Positions 9,084 to 19,212 of a DNA stretch of 64,000 nt are shown here, piece by piece. The position numbers and the translations under genes are program-made. The stretch is from an uncultured Candidatus Saccharibacteria bacterium (lineage in GTDB: Bacteria; Patescibacteriota; Saccharimonadia; Saccharimonadales; JALRHH01). How positions within the stretch are numbered: the stretch's first letter is position 1; every line of letters begins with the position of its first letter. The DNA is taken from NCBI GenBank assembly GCA_964559915.1, contig CAZLJP010000001.1, positions 129,510-193,509 of the forward strand, read 5' to 3'. The notes under the pieces are model-generated. The model was given only the letters and a program-made list of their open reading frames with translations, was not told the origin of the DNA and did not search any database.

Positions 9084-9614
9084 CTAATCGCTGATATCAA
9101 AATCAATTGGATACATACCGAGCTTCACGTTAGTGCCGGATGTGCCTGTAGTATACGTACCCTGAAGCTCAAAGAAGCCTGACTTACCCTTCGCGGATGA
9201 ATTAAAGACTTTGTCTTCTTTCGCGGTAGTAAAGGTGCCCTTTCCCATACCTTCTAGATTGCCACCACCCATAGGCTGGACCTTGCCATCGTCCTGAATA
9301 TAGTAGAGTTGGTAGGATAATGTGGCGTACCCATCATTATTGGTCTTTGTACCATCATATTCAAAGCTGAGTACTTGGCCATTACCAAATTTCACGTTTT
9401 TTTCTGGATATTTAGTAACACTAGGGTCAGAGAAGAAAGCGTAGTCACCATTAGGGTCATCGAGCTTTACTTTGGACGCAGCGTCAGACGTTTGACTGCT
9501 CGAGCCCGTATTTGAACTCTTTGGCGAATCATCCTTCTGCGTAATCATAAAAACGGCTCCGCCGATTACAATGACTGCTCCTGCTCCGGCAAGTAATACA
9601 TTTGGCTTTGGCAT
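9084..9614 (-). CDS. Hypothetical membrane-anchored/secreted protein
   Basis: N-terminal TM, Ser-rich linker, beta-rich domain. Confidence 0.75.
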   Translation of the reverse strand: MPKPNVLLAGAGAVIVIGGAVFMITQKDDSPKSSNTGSSSQTSDAASKVKLDDPNGDYAFFSDPSVTKYPEKNVKFGNGQVLSFEYDGTKTNNDGYATLSYQLYYIQDDGKVQPMGGGNLEGMGKGTFTTAKEDKVFNSSAKGKSGFFELQGTYTTGTSGTNVKLGMYPIDFDISD

Positions 9615-9727
9615 ACATTTCTCCAGTGTTAAGTAATGTTATTTATTGTAGTTCATAGCATAAGTAAAAAGAAATATAGTTAACATATAAGACGTAGTGG
9701 TCTGCATTTACTTGCTACAATATCTAG

Positions 9728-10300
9728 GTGAAGCAAAATACTAAACCCAGGAACGGACAATTCCTCCTAGCTGACTATCAGACTGCGTTTGTATCAGCGG
9801 CTACCCTGCAATTTGCCAAGAACGAGGCTGAACGGTCCGAGACTGTTCTAATGCACCAGCTTACCTCACTTGGTGGTGGCGCCTATCTCAACCCTGGTAC
9901 TGTTGACTTACAAACTGACGTCAGTCGGGCTAGTTTGGATGCGCACATCAAAAAAGTACAAGTTGCTCAGCTAAACGCAATTAGCGCAGACCAGCTATAT
10001 GCGATGAGCGCCCAAGATACCAAAGATTACGTAGGCCGCAAAGTTCGCATAACGCCCAAGTCTAGCCGTAAAGACGCCATCGAAGCTGTTTGGTTTAACC
10101 CACACACGGGTTATCGTGTGAGTCCCATGACGCGCAGCCAGATAACCGGTATCATCACTGAGCTATGGCTCGATAAAAATGTACTGGTACTCAAGCCAGC
10201 CAAACTGACCCGTATGATTAATCCAGAGTTGCAGCAATATCTAGTCTACGTTGTAGACCCGGCCACTCTGGAACCTATGATAGATTTGGCGCTGGTCTAG
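9728..10300 (+). CDS. Hypothetical protein
   Basis: 190-aa ORF; TGnTACAAT 6 nt before the GTG start. Confidence 0.65.
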   Translation: MKQNTKPRNGQFLLADYQTAFVSAATLQFAKNEAERSETVLMHQLTSLGGGAYLNPGTVDLQTDVSRASLDAHIKKVQVAQLNAISADQLYAMSAQDTKDYVGRKVRITPKSSRKDAIEAVWFNPHTGYRVSPMTRSQITGIITELWLDKNVLVLKPAKLTRMINPELQQYLVYVVDPATLEPMIDLALV

Positions 10301-10301
10301 A

Positions 10302-12050
10302 CTACCAGCCGCCTCCGCCACCTCCGCCTCCGCCACCACCAGAAGAACCACCGCCACTTGAACCACCAGAGCTTGAACTGCTTGCGCTGGTATAGCTGGC
10401 TGCGCTGCTAAAATTAGTCATGGAGTTGCTAAATACAGCTGCGTTAAATGCCCCGTGCCCGGCATACCATTCAGGGCTCTTGCCAATTGATTCATAATAT
10501 TGGCCAATCCGCTGATTCCACTCTTTTTCCAAACCAAACAAAGTGGCGTAGGGCAGAACTTCTTCGTACAGCTTAACCAATTGGCCATCATCTTTTACGT
10601 CAACATCGCCAATCTTCAGTGCACCTTCTGGACTTTGTAGCATTTTGAGGCGTTCTACTTCGGCAACCTTGATGTACTGCTTAAGCCCATCAAGATAGCG
10701 CGCTAGCTCCAACCCCTTATCAGTCAACGGCCACAATGTATAGCTAGCTATAAGCACACCAATCGCTAGTATTAGTAAGGCCGGGTTGAGTAAGGGCACA
10801 GATAAAACTAACAATGTTAGGCCAAGTTTCTTGAGCCAGGCAGATTTTGCCGAATCTTTAGCGGTTAGACCATACTGGCCACGCATCAAATCACGAAGTT
10901 TTTTATCATTATTTTGCATACGACTATAGACAGTAGTGTTGTTCTGTAGCGATTTAAGCACCAACCGTTGTCCGACGCTAGTTTCACCAAATATGTCTTT
11001 CAGAATTTCTTGCTCCTCGGCCCTCAGCGAGCTGATATCTTTGATGATTTCAATGTCATATTCGGCCCTACGCCAAAAGCTTTTGGGTCTGGTCTCGATA
11101 ATCTTTGTGTAATGACGAACAGCAAAATCAAGAAGCTGTGCAGTAAACACAGAACGTCCTTTGGCTATAATAGCTGCCGCAGTTGTAACGCTGGTATCTT
11201 TAGGGGGCAGGTACTCTGTCACCACTGTTTGACGCTCATTACTACGCCTGGTCCAGCGGTAATACCGCACTATAATTAGAATCGTGCCGATTACGATGAG
11301 TGGTAGAGCAACAACCCAACCAATTAATATCCAAATGATAAGCTTTTCAAATAGTGTCTTTTGATACGGCTCAAATGTACCGGTCTTGAAACCGATTACG
11401 ATAGTTGCATTCTCGCTAAAACTTAGGTTGGCAGTGCTCACATGATAGCCGCTATCATCACGCACGATGCTACAAGGTACCGTTGCACCAGCAGGCCCCT
11501 GATAACACGCCGTGTCGCCCGTTAGCGCTGTTTGTATAGATGGGTCGAGTGTCAGATTTACTGTCAGATTATCTATTGGTACCAGCCACTCCGTGCCGTT
11601 GGTATCCCAATAGAACTCATCACGCCCCGTGTCAGCAAAATACTTAGTGACATCACGCTGGGTGTATGTAAGCACGTATGTCTGCAGACCGTGCACATAG
11701 CGGTCAGCATCACCAATCCTCACCACTTCGTTACCATTACTACTGTATGTTGTATAGGTTAATTTTGCACCACTCTCGTTAGTAACAGACCCTACAGAAA
11801 GACTCGTTGGGTGTCCATCGTATGATTGAGGAATAGCCCGCTCAATACCATGATTCTGGGCATATACAGGAAAATTAGCAGTAATTGTTTCTTTAGTGAG
11901 TAGTATGGAGCGACCGGCAGAATCCTTACTCAAATGATAATCAATACTGTAGTTGGTGATTACAAAATTATTGACCGCTGCGTGGGCTGATGACGGCAAC
12001 ACGAGAAAAACGGCCACAAGACTGAGACAAAAAAGCAGTAGCCGTTTCAT
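10302..12050 (-). CDS. DUF2207 family membrane protein
   Basis: Signal peptide MKRLLL, FYWD..G..W, LPYA..FG and Gly/Ser tail ending GGGGGGW; start moved to ATG 12050. Confidence 0.88.
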   Translation of the reverse strand: MKRLLLFCLSLVAVFLVLPSSAHAAVNNFVITNYSIDYHLSKDSAGRSILLTKETITANFPVYAQNHGIERAIPQSYDGHPTSLSVGSVTNESGAKLTYTTYSSNGNEVVRIGDADRYVHGLQTYVLTYTQRDVTKYFADTGRDEFYWDTNGTEWLVPIDNLTVNLTLDPSIQTALTGDTACYQGPAGATVPCSIVRDDSGYHVSTANLSFSENATIVIGFKTGTFEPYQKTLFEKLIIWILIGWVVALPLIVIGTILIIVRYYRWTRRSNERQTVVTEYLPPKDTSVTTAAAIIAKGRSVFTAQLLDFAVRHYTKIIETRPKSFWRRAEYDIEIIKDISSLRAEEQEILKDIFGETSVGQRLVLKSLQNNTTVYSRMQNNDKKLRDLMRGQYGLTAKDSAKSAWLKKLGLTLLVLSVPLLNPALLILAIGVLIASYTLWPLTDKGLELARYLDGLKQYIKVAEVERLKMLQSPEGALKIGDVDVKDDGQLVKLYEEVLPYATLFGLEKEWNQRIGQYYESIGKSPEWYAGHGAFNAAVFSNSMTNFSSAASYTSASSSSSGGSSGGGSSGGGGGGGGGGGW

Positions 12051-12073
12051 ATGCACAGTATACACCCAGTGAG

Positions 12074-12883
12074 TTACTGCACTGCGCGACGACGAAACAG
12101 CAAGGTAGCAATTGGAATTGCAACAATCAACACACCAATGCACCAAGCAACGGCCAGCCAGCCATGATTACCGACTGGCGTACCGAGCATAAGTGCCCGC
12201 GTAGCCTCAATGATGTGGGTGATTGGCTGATTCTCTGCGAATGCCTTAAGGAATCGGTTCATTCCTTCAGTAGGAACAAATGCACTACTGGCAAATGTTA
12301 GGGGGAATACAATGATAAAGCTGAGCCATTGCACCGCCTCTACGCTCTTAGATAAAAGACCCATGATTGCCGCTAGCCACGAAAACATGAGTGTGAAGAG
12401 CAGCAGAATACCAACAATAGCTAACCATTGTAGCGGGCTTGCGTGGCTACGAAAGCCCATGATGAGTCCGGTTACTATCATCACGATAGTCGAGATACCG
12501 TTGCGGAATATATCAGAAATAATATGTCCGTTCAGCACAGCCACATTACTCATGGGCAATGAACGAAAGCGGTCAACGATGCCTTTTTGAAGGTCATTGG
12601 AAATAGCAATTGCGGTGGTAGTAGAGCCAAACGCCAATGTCTGAACAATAATACCCGCCATCAGGAAGTCTAGATAGCCAATACCATTTGGCAAAGCCAT
12701 TGAGATAGCTCCGCCAAAAACAGCAGAGAACAAGACCAAGAACATGATTGGCTGGAAGAATGTGCCTAGTAGCTGGTCTGTGTTGCGCAGGATGTGACGG
12801 CTACTACGCTGAATCATCAGTAGTGAGTCTGTCAGTGCTTGTACCGGGCGAGATTTTTTCTCAAAATGTAATTCGGTTGCCAT
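12074..12883 (-). CDS. ABC-2 type permease (DrrB-like)
   Basis: D...GIVDRFRSLPM, FASSAFVP..M, NQPIT; six TMs. Confidence 0.9.
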   Translation of the reverse strand: MATELHFEKKSRPVQALTDSLLMIQRSSRHILRNTDQLLGTFFQPIMFLVLFSAVFGGAISMALPNGIGYLDFLMAGIIVQTLAFGSTTTAIAISNDLQKGIVDRFRSLPMSNVAVLNGHIISDIFRNGISTIVMIVTGLIMGFRSHASPLQWLAIVGILLLFTLMFSWLAAIMGLLSKSVEAVQWLSFIIVFPLTFASSAFVPTEGMNRFLKAFAENQPITHIIEATRALMLGTPVGNHGWLAVAWCIGVLIVAIPIATLLFRRRAVQ

Positions 12884-12884
12884 A

Positions 12885-13862
12885 TTATTTCTCCTCCGCC
12901 TTCTCAGCTGCTTTCTTTTTGCCTGTCAGTGACAAAAAGACATCATCCAATGTTGGCTTATGTACCGCCAGTGATTCAATCACGATTTGCTTGCTAGAAA
13001 GTTTCTCGAGAATACCCTTCACGTCTTTATTGGTATCATTGATAACTACCGAGAGAACATGCTCGGTGTTATCAACTTCTGAAGCCGATTTACCGAGCTC
13101 TGCTTTGGCAGTGGCAAGTACTTTGTCATTCTTAAATGTAAGCTCGAGTCGGTCTTTGCCAACTTTACTCTTTAGTTCTTTGGCCGTACCCTCGGCAATC
13201 ACGCCACCATTATCAATCACGATAATCTGATCAGCCAATTGATCGGCTTCTTCAAGATACTGCGTAGTCAACAAAATGGTCGTACCTTGTTGCATAAGAT
13301 GACGGATACTCTCCCACATGGCAATACGAGACCGTGGGTCAAGCCCCGTGGTAGGTTCATCTAGGAAAATAATCGGTGGCTTAGCGATGAGGCTGACAGC
13401 CAAGTCCAAACGGCGGCGCATACCGCCAGAATAGGTCTTGGCAGTCCGGTCAGCCGTCTTAACAAGGTCAAATTCTTCAAGTAATTCTTCGGCACGAGAC
13501 GAAGCACTCTGTTTGGTAAGACGATAGAGTCGGCCCATCATAATCAGGTTTTCACGGCCAGTGAGTAGTTCATCAACTGCAGCTGATTGACCGGTCAAGC
13601 CAATAACACTGCGAACCTTATCGGCGTCATCGGCGACATTAAATCCCTCTACCGTTACCTGACCCCCGTTGTACGGCAGTAAGGTACTAAGGATTTTGAC
13701 CGTTGTGGTCTTGCCAGCACCGTTTGGACCGAGCAATGCCAACATCGTGCCCCGCTTAACAGAAAAACTAACGTCCTTAAGAACTTCTAAATCTTTATAT
13801 GATTTGCGTAGGTTCTTTACGACAATCGCGTCATCAGTCTGACTTTGTTTTTCTTTGGGCAT
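12885..13862 (-). CDS. ABC exporter ATP-binding subunit (DrrA-like)
   Basis: [31 protein letters not shown]. Confidence 0.92.
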   Translation of the reverse strand: MPKEKQSQTDDAIVVKNLRKSYKDLEVLKDVSFSVKRGTMLALLGPNGAGKTTTVKILSTLLPYNGGQVTVEGFNVADDADKVRSVIGLTGQSAAVDELLTGRENLIMMGRLYRLTKQSASSRAEELLEEFDLVKTADRTAKTYSGGMRRRLDLAVSLIAKPPIIFLDEPTTGLDPRSRIAMWESIRHLMQQGTTILLTTQYLEEADQLADQIIVIDNGGVIAEGTAKELKSKVGKDRLELTFKNDKVLATAKAELGKSASEVDNTEHVLSVVINDTNKDVKGILEKLSSKQIVIESLAVHKPTLDDVFLSLTGKKKAAEKAEEK

Positions 13863-13945
13863 AGCTGTCTCTCCGTCTATTAATCTAGAGTTCTATTATA
13901 TGATGTGAGCTGTCTTGTGTGAAGCCTACGTTTATACCCGTAAGG

Positions 13946-14623
13946 TTATCGTACGGTGAATGTACCTTTTGTCTCGGGTTGTAGATGGTCGTGGAATTCG
14001 TAGCTACCGGTTTCTGAAAGGGTAATGGTTTTGTTTTGGCCTTTTCGAATAGTATATTCTGCTTCACCAGCATAGGTTGTGTCATTGGGGTGTGCGCCAA
14101 AGGCAATTTGTTTAGTATCAATATCCTCATTCATAAATGTAAGCGTGTCGCAGCGTTCTGCTACAGTCACCTCTGGGGTAACAACACCCTCCTGGCTTAG
14201 CTTGATTTGGTGATTAGCATGTTGGCCCTCACAAGCACCTGTCTCTTGCCCGCCGACCTGATAAATCGCTTCATCATTTACCAATTTCTTGGTTTGCTCA
14301 GCTGCGCTTGGTGCCATATTGCGGTGCAAATTAGTGGTGATGACTATGGAGCCTCCTACGACTACTAAAATACTGAAAATAGTTACACCAAAGAACACCT
14401 GCTGCCATGTTGGTCCGGGACCACGCCCTAGATGCAGGAAGAATAATACCTGAACCAACATCTGCAACACGCCAAATCCTAGAATCGTAACAAGTAGTGC
14501 TGTACCAGCAATAACGTGGTTTACCACCATATGGTATGGAATGAAGGTGAATATCAACGAAAGGATAAAGCCAATAATATAGGCCTGCATTGTGCCGTGT
14601 TCATGTGGGGCTTTTTTGGTCAT
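13946..14623 (-). CDS. cyoD: Cytochrome bo3 ubiquinol oxidase subunit IV fused to a C-terminal cupredoxin-like domain
   Basis: YIIGFILSL..T.IP and Q..VQ..FFLHL of CyoD, plus ~110 extra aa (DTLTFMN...GSYEFHDHL...GTFTV); ATGA overlap with cyoC. Confidence 0.85.
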   Translation of the reverse strand: MTKKAPHEHGTMQAYIIGFILSLIFTFIPYHMVVNHVIAGTALLVTILGFGVLQMLVQVLFFLHLGRGPGPTWQQVFFGVTIFSILVVVGGSIVITTNLHRNMAPSAAEQTKKLVNDEAIYQVGGQETGACEGQHANHQIKLSQEGVVTPEVTVAERCDTLTFMNEDIDTKQIAFGAHPNDTTYAGEAEYTIRKGQNKTITLSETGSYEFHDHLQPETKGTFTVR

Positions 14624-15219
14624 ACGAATGCTCCCAAGTACACGATAGTAAAGATAAATATCCAAACGATATCTAGGAAGTGCCAGAACAGACTAAGCAT
14701 GGTTAGCTTGCGTACAATGTGCGTATTAAGCCCACGCTTCATCGTGAAAATCATAGTAATGCCCATCCATAGCAGACCAGAGGTAATGTGAAGTCCATGC
14801 GTACCAACCAGTACAAAGAATGATGACAGAAAGGCACTGCTGCGCAACGTATGGCCTTCATGTATGAACTCTGCAAACTCCTTTAACTCAAATGCCAGGA
14901 AAGCTGCACCGAGAGCGAAGGTAACCGCAAACCAGAATAGTGTCGCCGCCTTTTTACCACTGCGAGCCGTTATCATAGCTAAGCCGACTGTGAAACTACT
15001 GGTCAGTAGCAATAATGTCTCGGTCAACGCAAGCGGTAGACCGAATAGCTCACGGCCAGACTCGCCGCCTGCTGTATTACCATGCAGCACTGCATAGCAT
15101 GCAAACAGAATCGCAAACATCAACAGGTCGGTCATCAGATACACCCAGAAGCCAAACATAACTCTGTCTGTGGCTTCGGCCTCGAGCTGTTCGTGGTTTA
15201 TTGGTGTGTGTTCTTTCAT
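14620..15219 (-). CDS. cyoC: Cytochrome bo3 ubiquinol oxidase subunit III
   Basis: FGFWVYLMTD, ET..LL.SS.T, GTHGLH, FWHFLDIVW. Confidence 0.95.
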   Translation of the reverse strand: MKEHTPINHEQLEAEATDRVMFGFWVYLMTDLLMFAILFACYAVLHGNTAGGESGRELFGLPLALTETLLLLTSSFTVGLAMITARSGKKAATLFWFAVTFALGAAFLAFELKEFAEFIHEGHTLRSSAFLSSFFVLVGTHGLHITSGLLWMGITMIFTMKRGLNTHIVRKLTMLSLFWHFLDIVWIFIFTIVYLGAFV

Positions 15220-17325
15220 CTAGTGTGACTTCTTTCTACGAATGAGGCCAAAACAGAAACCAACTACAATCTTGATAAGCTCCCAGAGCCCCATGTCTTC
15301 TTCTGGGTCATGGTGCTTTGGTGTGGGTTGCGCATCGTCTCTCTTCTTGCGCTCTTCTTCAAGCCTACGAACTTCGTCTGCAGTAAGTATGTACTCCGTC
15401 TCTTCGTTAAAGGTGCGGACCACAAAGACGACCAATATACCGATAAGTGACACAACGGCTAGCCACAAAATTTCCCAAACGGCTGCAAAACCTACCAAGA
15501 AGGCAAAAACAGAAATGTAGATGCCCGCTGCGGTATTCTTAGGAATAATAATGTCTTCATACTTGGGCTTGGGTAGGCCCTTCTGTTTCATTTCCCAGAA
15601 CTGGTCCTGTGATGTTACTTGCGGAATAGATGTGTAGTTATAGAACTGTGGTGGCGAAACAGTTGCCCACTCAAGAGTGCGACCATCCCACGGGTCACCA
15701 GTTGTATCACGTAGCCGCTTTTTCTGAATGAAACTCGCGAGGATTTGAGCAAGCTGCAGAGCGGTGCCAATTGCAATGATAATGCCGCCGAGCAACATAC
15801 ATATATACAGTGGCTGCCAGCCAGTTGATGCGTCGTAATGGTCAAGACGTCTTGTGGCACCCATGATTCCCAACACATACATTGGGATAAATGACATACA
15901 GAAACCTACAATCCAGCACCAGAAAGCTTGGCGGCCAATCCGTTCATTAAGTTTGATACCGGCAATTTTTGGGAACCAATAGCTAATGGCACAGAAAATA
16001 CCAAACAACACACCACCAATGACATTTGAATGGAAGTGTGCGACTAAGAACAGGCTATTATGCAGCTGAAAATCGACTGGCGGTATGGCCAAAACTAAGC
16101 CCGAAAGGCCACCAATAGTAAAGATTGAGACAAAACCGAGGAACCATAGCATTGGTGTGTCAAACCGTATTCGGCCCTTGTGCATCGTAGCAATCCAGGT
16201 GAAGAACAATACTGCTGTGGGGATGCCAATCAGTAGTGTCATAAAGCCGAACCAAGCATTGACGTTAGCGCTTGCGCCCATAGTGAAGAAGTGGTGGAGC
16301 CATACAGATAATGCAAGCGCTGAAACACCCGCCATACCAAGCACATTGGAGGTATAGCTAGCAATCTTCTTGCGGCTGAAGGTCGAAACAACTTCCGAGA
16401 AGACACCAAAAGCCGGTAACATCAGGATATAGACTTCAGGGTGTCCCCACATCCAGATAAGGTTGGTATACATCATCGGGTCGCCACCAGCTGTAGTCGT
16501 AAAGAAGTGCGTACCAAAGGCTCTATCAAAGAACATCAAGAAAAGCGTAGCGGTAAGTAGTGGAAAGACAGCAACCGCCATAAGCATGCTAAATAGTGAA
16601 CCCCAGGTGAAGAGTGGCATCTTCATCAACGTCATGCCCTTAGCACGCATTTTTAGAATCGTCATAATAAAGTTAATCGCACCCAGCGTGGTACCAATAC
16701 CCGAAATCTGCAAACTCCATATCCAGTAGTCCACGCCTACCCCAGGACTAAATTCCTTGCCTGATAGTGGTGCAACCGCCAGCCAGCCAGTCGCAGCGTA
16801 TTCACCACCAAGCAGGAAGAACATGTTAACCATCAGTACACCGCCAATATAGAGCCAGAATCCAAGCGTATTGAGGAATGGTGATGCCAAATCGCGCGCG
16901 CCAATCTGTAGTGGCACAATATAGTTAATCAATCCAAAGATAAATGCCATAGCCACAAAGAAGACCATGATATTGCCGTGCGCAGTAAAGATTTGTTGGA
17001 AGTGATCCGCAGACAGATAGCCATGTTGGGCTTCCCCTAAACCTGGCATATTGCTAGAACCGAGTGCTTGTTGCAGCCAAATCATAATGGCGTCCAGGCC
17101 ACCACGTAGCAGCATAAAGCCACCCGCGATAAAGTACATGATACCAATCTTCTTAGGGTCGACGGACGTTAGCCACTCTTTCCAGAGCCACTTCCATCGC
17201 TTGGTATAGGTCAGGTATCCGGCGATTAGTATGAAAAGCGCAAAAAAGGCTGCTGAGCCAGCAATAGTGAACCACTCGTGCGGCAGTGCGTGGCCGTTTA
17301 GCTTACCAAGTAGAAATTCTCTCAT
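15220..17325 (-). CDS. cyoB: Cytochrome bo3 ubiquinol oxidase subunit I
   Basis: WLTSVDPKKIG, RG..DA quinol-site helix, QIFTAHG, WGHPEVY, VWLHH, AHFH. Confidence 0.96.
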   Translation of the reverse strand: MREFLLGKLNGHALPHEWFTIAGSAAFFALFILIAGYLTYTKRWKWLWKEWLTSVDPKKIGIMYFIAGGFMLLRGGLDAIMIWLQQALGSSNMPGLGEAQHGYLSADHFQQIFTAHGNIMVFFVAMAFIFGLINYIVPLQIGARDLASPFLNTLGFWLYIGGVLMVNMFFLLGGEYAATGWLAVAPLSGKEFSPGVGVDYWIWSLQISGIGTTLGAINFIMTILKMRAKGMTLMKMPLFTWGSLFSMLMAVAVFPLLTATLFLMFFDRAFGTHFFTTTAGGDPMMYTNLIWMWGHPEVYILMLPAFGVFSEVVSTFSRKKIASYTSNVLGMAGVSALALSVWLHHFFTMGASANVNAWFGFMTLLIGIPTAVLFFTWIATMHKGRIRFDTPMLWFLGFVSIFTIGGLSGLVLAIPPVDFQLHNSLFLVAHFHSNVIGGVLFGIFCAISYWFPKIAGIKLNERIGRQAFWCWIVGFCMSFIPMYVLGIMGATRRLDHYDASTGWQPLYICMLLGGIIIAIGTALQLAQILASFIQKKRLRDTTGDPWDGRTLEWATVSPPQFYNYTSIPQVTSQDQFWEMKQKGLPKPKYEDIIIPKNTAAGIYISVFAFLVGFAAVWEILWLAVVSLIGILVVFVVRTFNEETEYILTADEVRRLEEERKKRDDAQPTPKHHDPEEDMGLWELIKIVVGFCFGLIRRKKSH

Positions 17326-18239
17326 TCGTGACCCTCATGATTAGCATGCCCAGAATGTGCTGCGGCATACTTTGCAACAATTGTATCGAATAGACCGTCT
17401 TGATAGCTAGCGTACAGTGCAGATGGCGTGTCTTCACTGGGCTTAACGAGCTTTTCATAGGCAGCGTTATCCAGTACGTTAGCAGATTGCTTGGTAGTTT
17501 TTGCCCAGGCATCAAAGTCTGCTGCTGAGCTAACGCGAGTAGTAAATTTCATGCCTGCAAATCCTTCGCCGTTAATCTCCGCCGAACTACCCGTATAGTC
17601 GCCAATCGTATCAGCCATTATATTAAGCCGGTTAACGTGTCCCGTCATAGAATACAGCTGACCGGCAATGTTTGGAATCCAGAATGAACTCATTGGTGCT
17701 TCGTCGGCCGTCAGCTCAAAGATTATTGGGGTGTCCTTGGGGATTTGCACAAAGTTAACCGTGGCAATCTTCTGCTCAGGATATAAAAATATCCACTTCC
17801 AGCGCAGAGATACCACCTGTATTGTCATTGGCTTAGTATCTGATGCGATTGACTTACGAGGTTCGAGCCTGTGAGCCGACAGATACATCACAGGTAATAA
17901 AATAAGCATAATTATGGTTGGAAATGCCCACATGCTAAACACAAAAAATTTACCATGATGAGCATCAGGATTGTGTGGAGCTTTCACATTGGATTCACGG
18001 TATTTCCAAGCAGTAAAGTACAGCACTAGTACGGTTGGAATAGCAGCCGCGAACAATACACCCAGCGTGATGACCAATAAGCCCATCTGTTCCTGAGCGA
18101 TAAATCCTTTTGGGTTTAATAAGGCAACGTTTTTGCCGTGCAGCAAGATTGCAATCAGGCCAGCGAACTCAACCAATAGCAACGGAATATACCAAAACAG
18201 CCAGCCCTGACTCCCCCGTCTTTTGTTTGTTTGTGCCAT
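17322..18239 (-). CDS. cyoA: Cytochrome bo3 ubiquinol oxidase subunit II (no CuA motif, no lipobox Cys)
   Basis: LLNPKG, WKYR, WKWIFLYPEQ, MSSFWIP, GQLYSM.G, GFAGMKF. Confidence 0.93.
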   Translation of the reverse strand: MAQTNKRRGSQGWLFWYIPLLLVEFAGLIAILLHGKNVALLNPKGFIAQEQMGLLVITLGVLFAAAIPTVLVLYFTAWKYRESNVKAPHNPDAHHGKFFVFSMWAFPTIIMLILLPVMYLSAHRLEPRKSIASDTKPMTIQVVSLRWKWIFLYPEQKIATVNFVQIPKDTPIIFELTADEAPMSSFWIPNIAGQLYSMTGHVNRLNIMADTIGDYTGSSAEINGEGFAGMKFTTRVSSAADFDAWAKTTKQSANVLDNAAYEKLVKPSEDTPSALYASYQDGLFDTIVAKYAAAHSGHANHEGHE

Positions 18240-18339
18240 TCACCCAACTCCGTTAGAACATAAGCGTAATCTTGAGCCTTACTATATCATAGGCCTGCGC
18301 CCAAGGTCTAATAGTACTGATGGTATACTTTCTATTATT

Positions 18340-19200
18340 ATGAGCTCCATCAAAACATACTACTATCTCACCAAACCGGGCCTCATTTACGGAAACATCC
18401 TGACTATTATTGCTGGCTACCTATATGGCGCTATTGTGCGTCCCGAACTAGGAACGCTCATAGGCGTGGCTGTTGGCGGAGCGCTTGTAATGGCCAGCGG
18501 AACAGTTATCAATAACATTCACGACCGAACCATGGACTTGCACATGAAGCGGACCAAAGAACGTGCTCTTGTGACTGGCGCTATAACGCCTCAACAGGCT
18601 TCCGTGTATGCTACGCTGCTGGCTATGTTGGGCCTTACTACGCTAGCCCTGGCAACTAATCCTCTCACCCTGGGGCTTGGGCTCATGGGTCTGGTGTTTT
18701 ACGCCGGCATCTATACCTACGCCAAGCCACGTACTGTTCATGCGACCTTAATCGGCACGATACCAGGTGCAGTACCGATTCTGGCGGGCTACGCAGCAGC
18801 AACAAACCGCATTGATGCGTCGTTCTGGATATTCTTTGCTCTGATGGCTTTCTGGCAAATGGTACATTTTTACGCCATTGCAACATTCCGCATGAAGGAA
18901 TATAAAGCAGCTGGTGTGCCGGTCATCACCGTAGTAAAGGGCGTTAAGATTGCAAAGTTTCTGATGGCAGTTTTTGTTGCCGGGTATCTTGTATCGATAC
19001 TCCTCTTAGCGTACCTGGGCTATGCCGGATTCATTTATCTTGCCATCATGGGGCCCCTTGCAGTCTGGTGGAGTGTGGTTACTATCCGTGGTTTTGGGGC
19101 AAAAGACGACGCAGCCTGGGCCCGAAAAGTCTTCTTCACTTCGCTCATTTTATTGCCAGCCCTCTGCGCCACGCTTGCTCTTGATGCTTGGGTTCATTAG
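18340..19200 (+). CDS. cyoE: Protoheme IX farnesyltransferase (heme o synthase)
   Basis: LTKPG, NN..DR.MD..M.RT..R, GT.PGA.P, FWQ..HF; divergent from cyoA; start moved to ATG 18340. Confidence 0.94.
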   Translation: MSSIKTYYYLTKPGLIYGNILTIIAGYLYGAIVRPELGTLIGVAVGGALVMASGTVINNIHDRTMDLHMKRTKERALVTGAITPQQASVYATLLAMLGLTTLALATNPLTLGLGLMGLVFYAGIYTYAKPRTVHATLIGTIPGAVPILAGYAAATNRIDASFWIFFALMAFWQMVHFYAIATFRMKEYKAAGVPVITVVKGVKIAKFLMAVFVAGYLVSILLLAYLGYAGFIYLAIMGPLAVWWSVVTIRGFGAKDDAAWARKVFFTSLILLPALCATLALDAWVH

Positions 19201-19212
19201 AATAAAACTATT

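Noticed and set aside
10302-10400. GGC/GGT low-complexity repeat
   Set aside because: It is the normal Gly/Ser tail of DUF2207 proteins.
14620-17325. Alternative genetic code (UGA=Gly) seen in some CPR lineages
   Set aside because: TGA ends genes at ATGA overlaps (cyoA/B, cyoC/D) and conserved ORFs are uninterrupted under code 11.
15220-17325. CyoB as a nitric oxide reductase
   Set aside because: It keeps the HPEVY cross-link Tyr, the CuB His ligands and the cyoACDE context of an O2 reductase.
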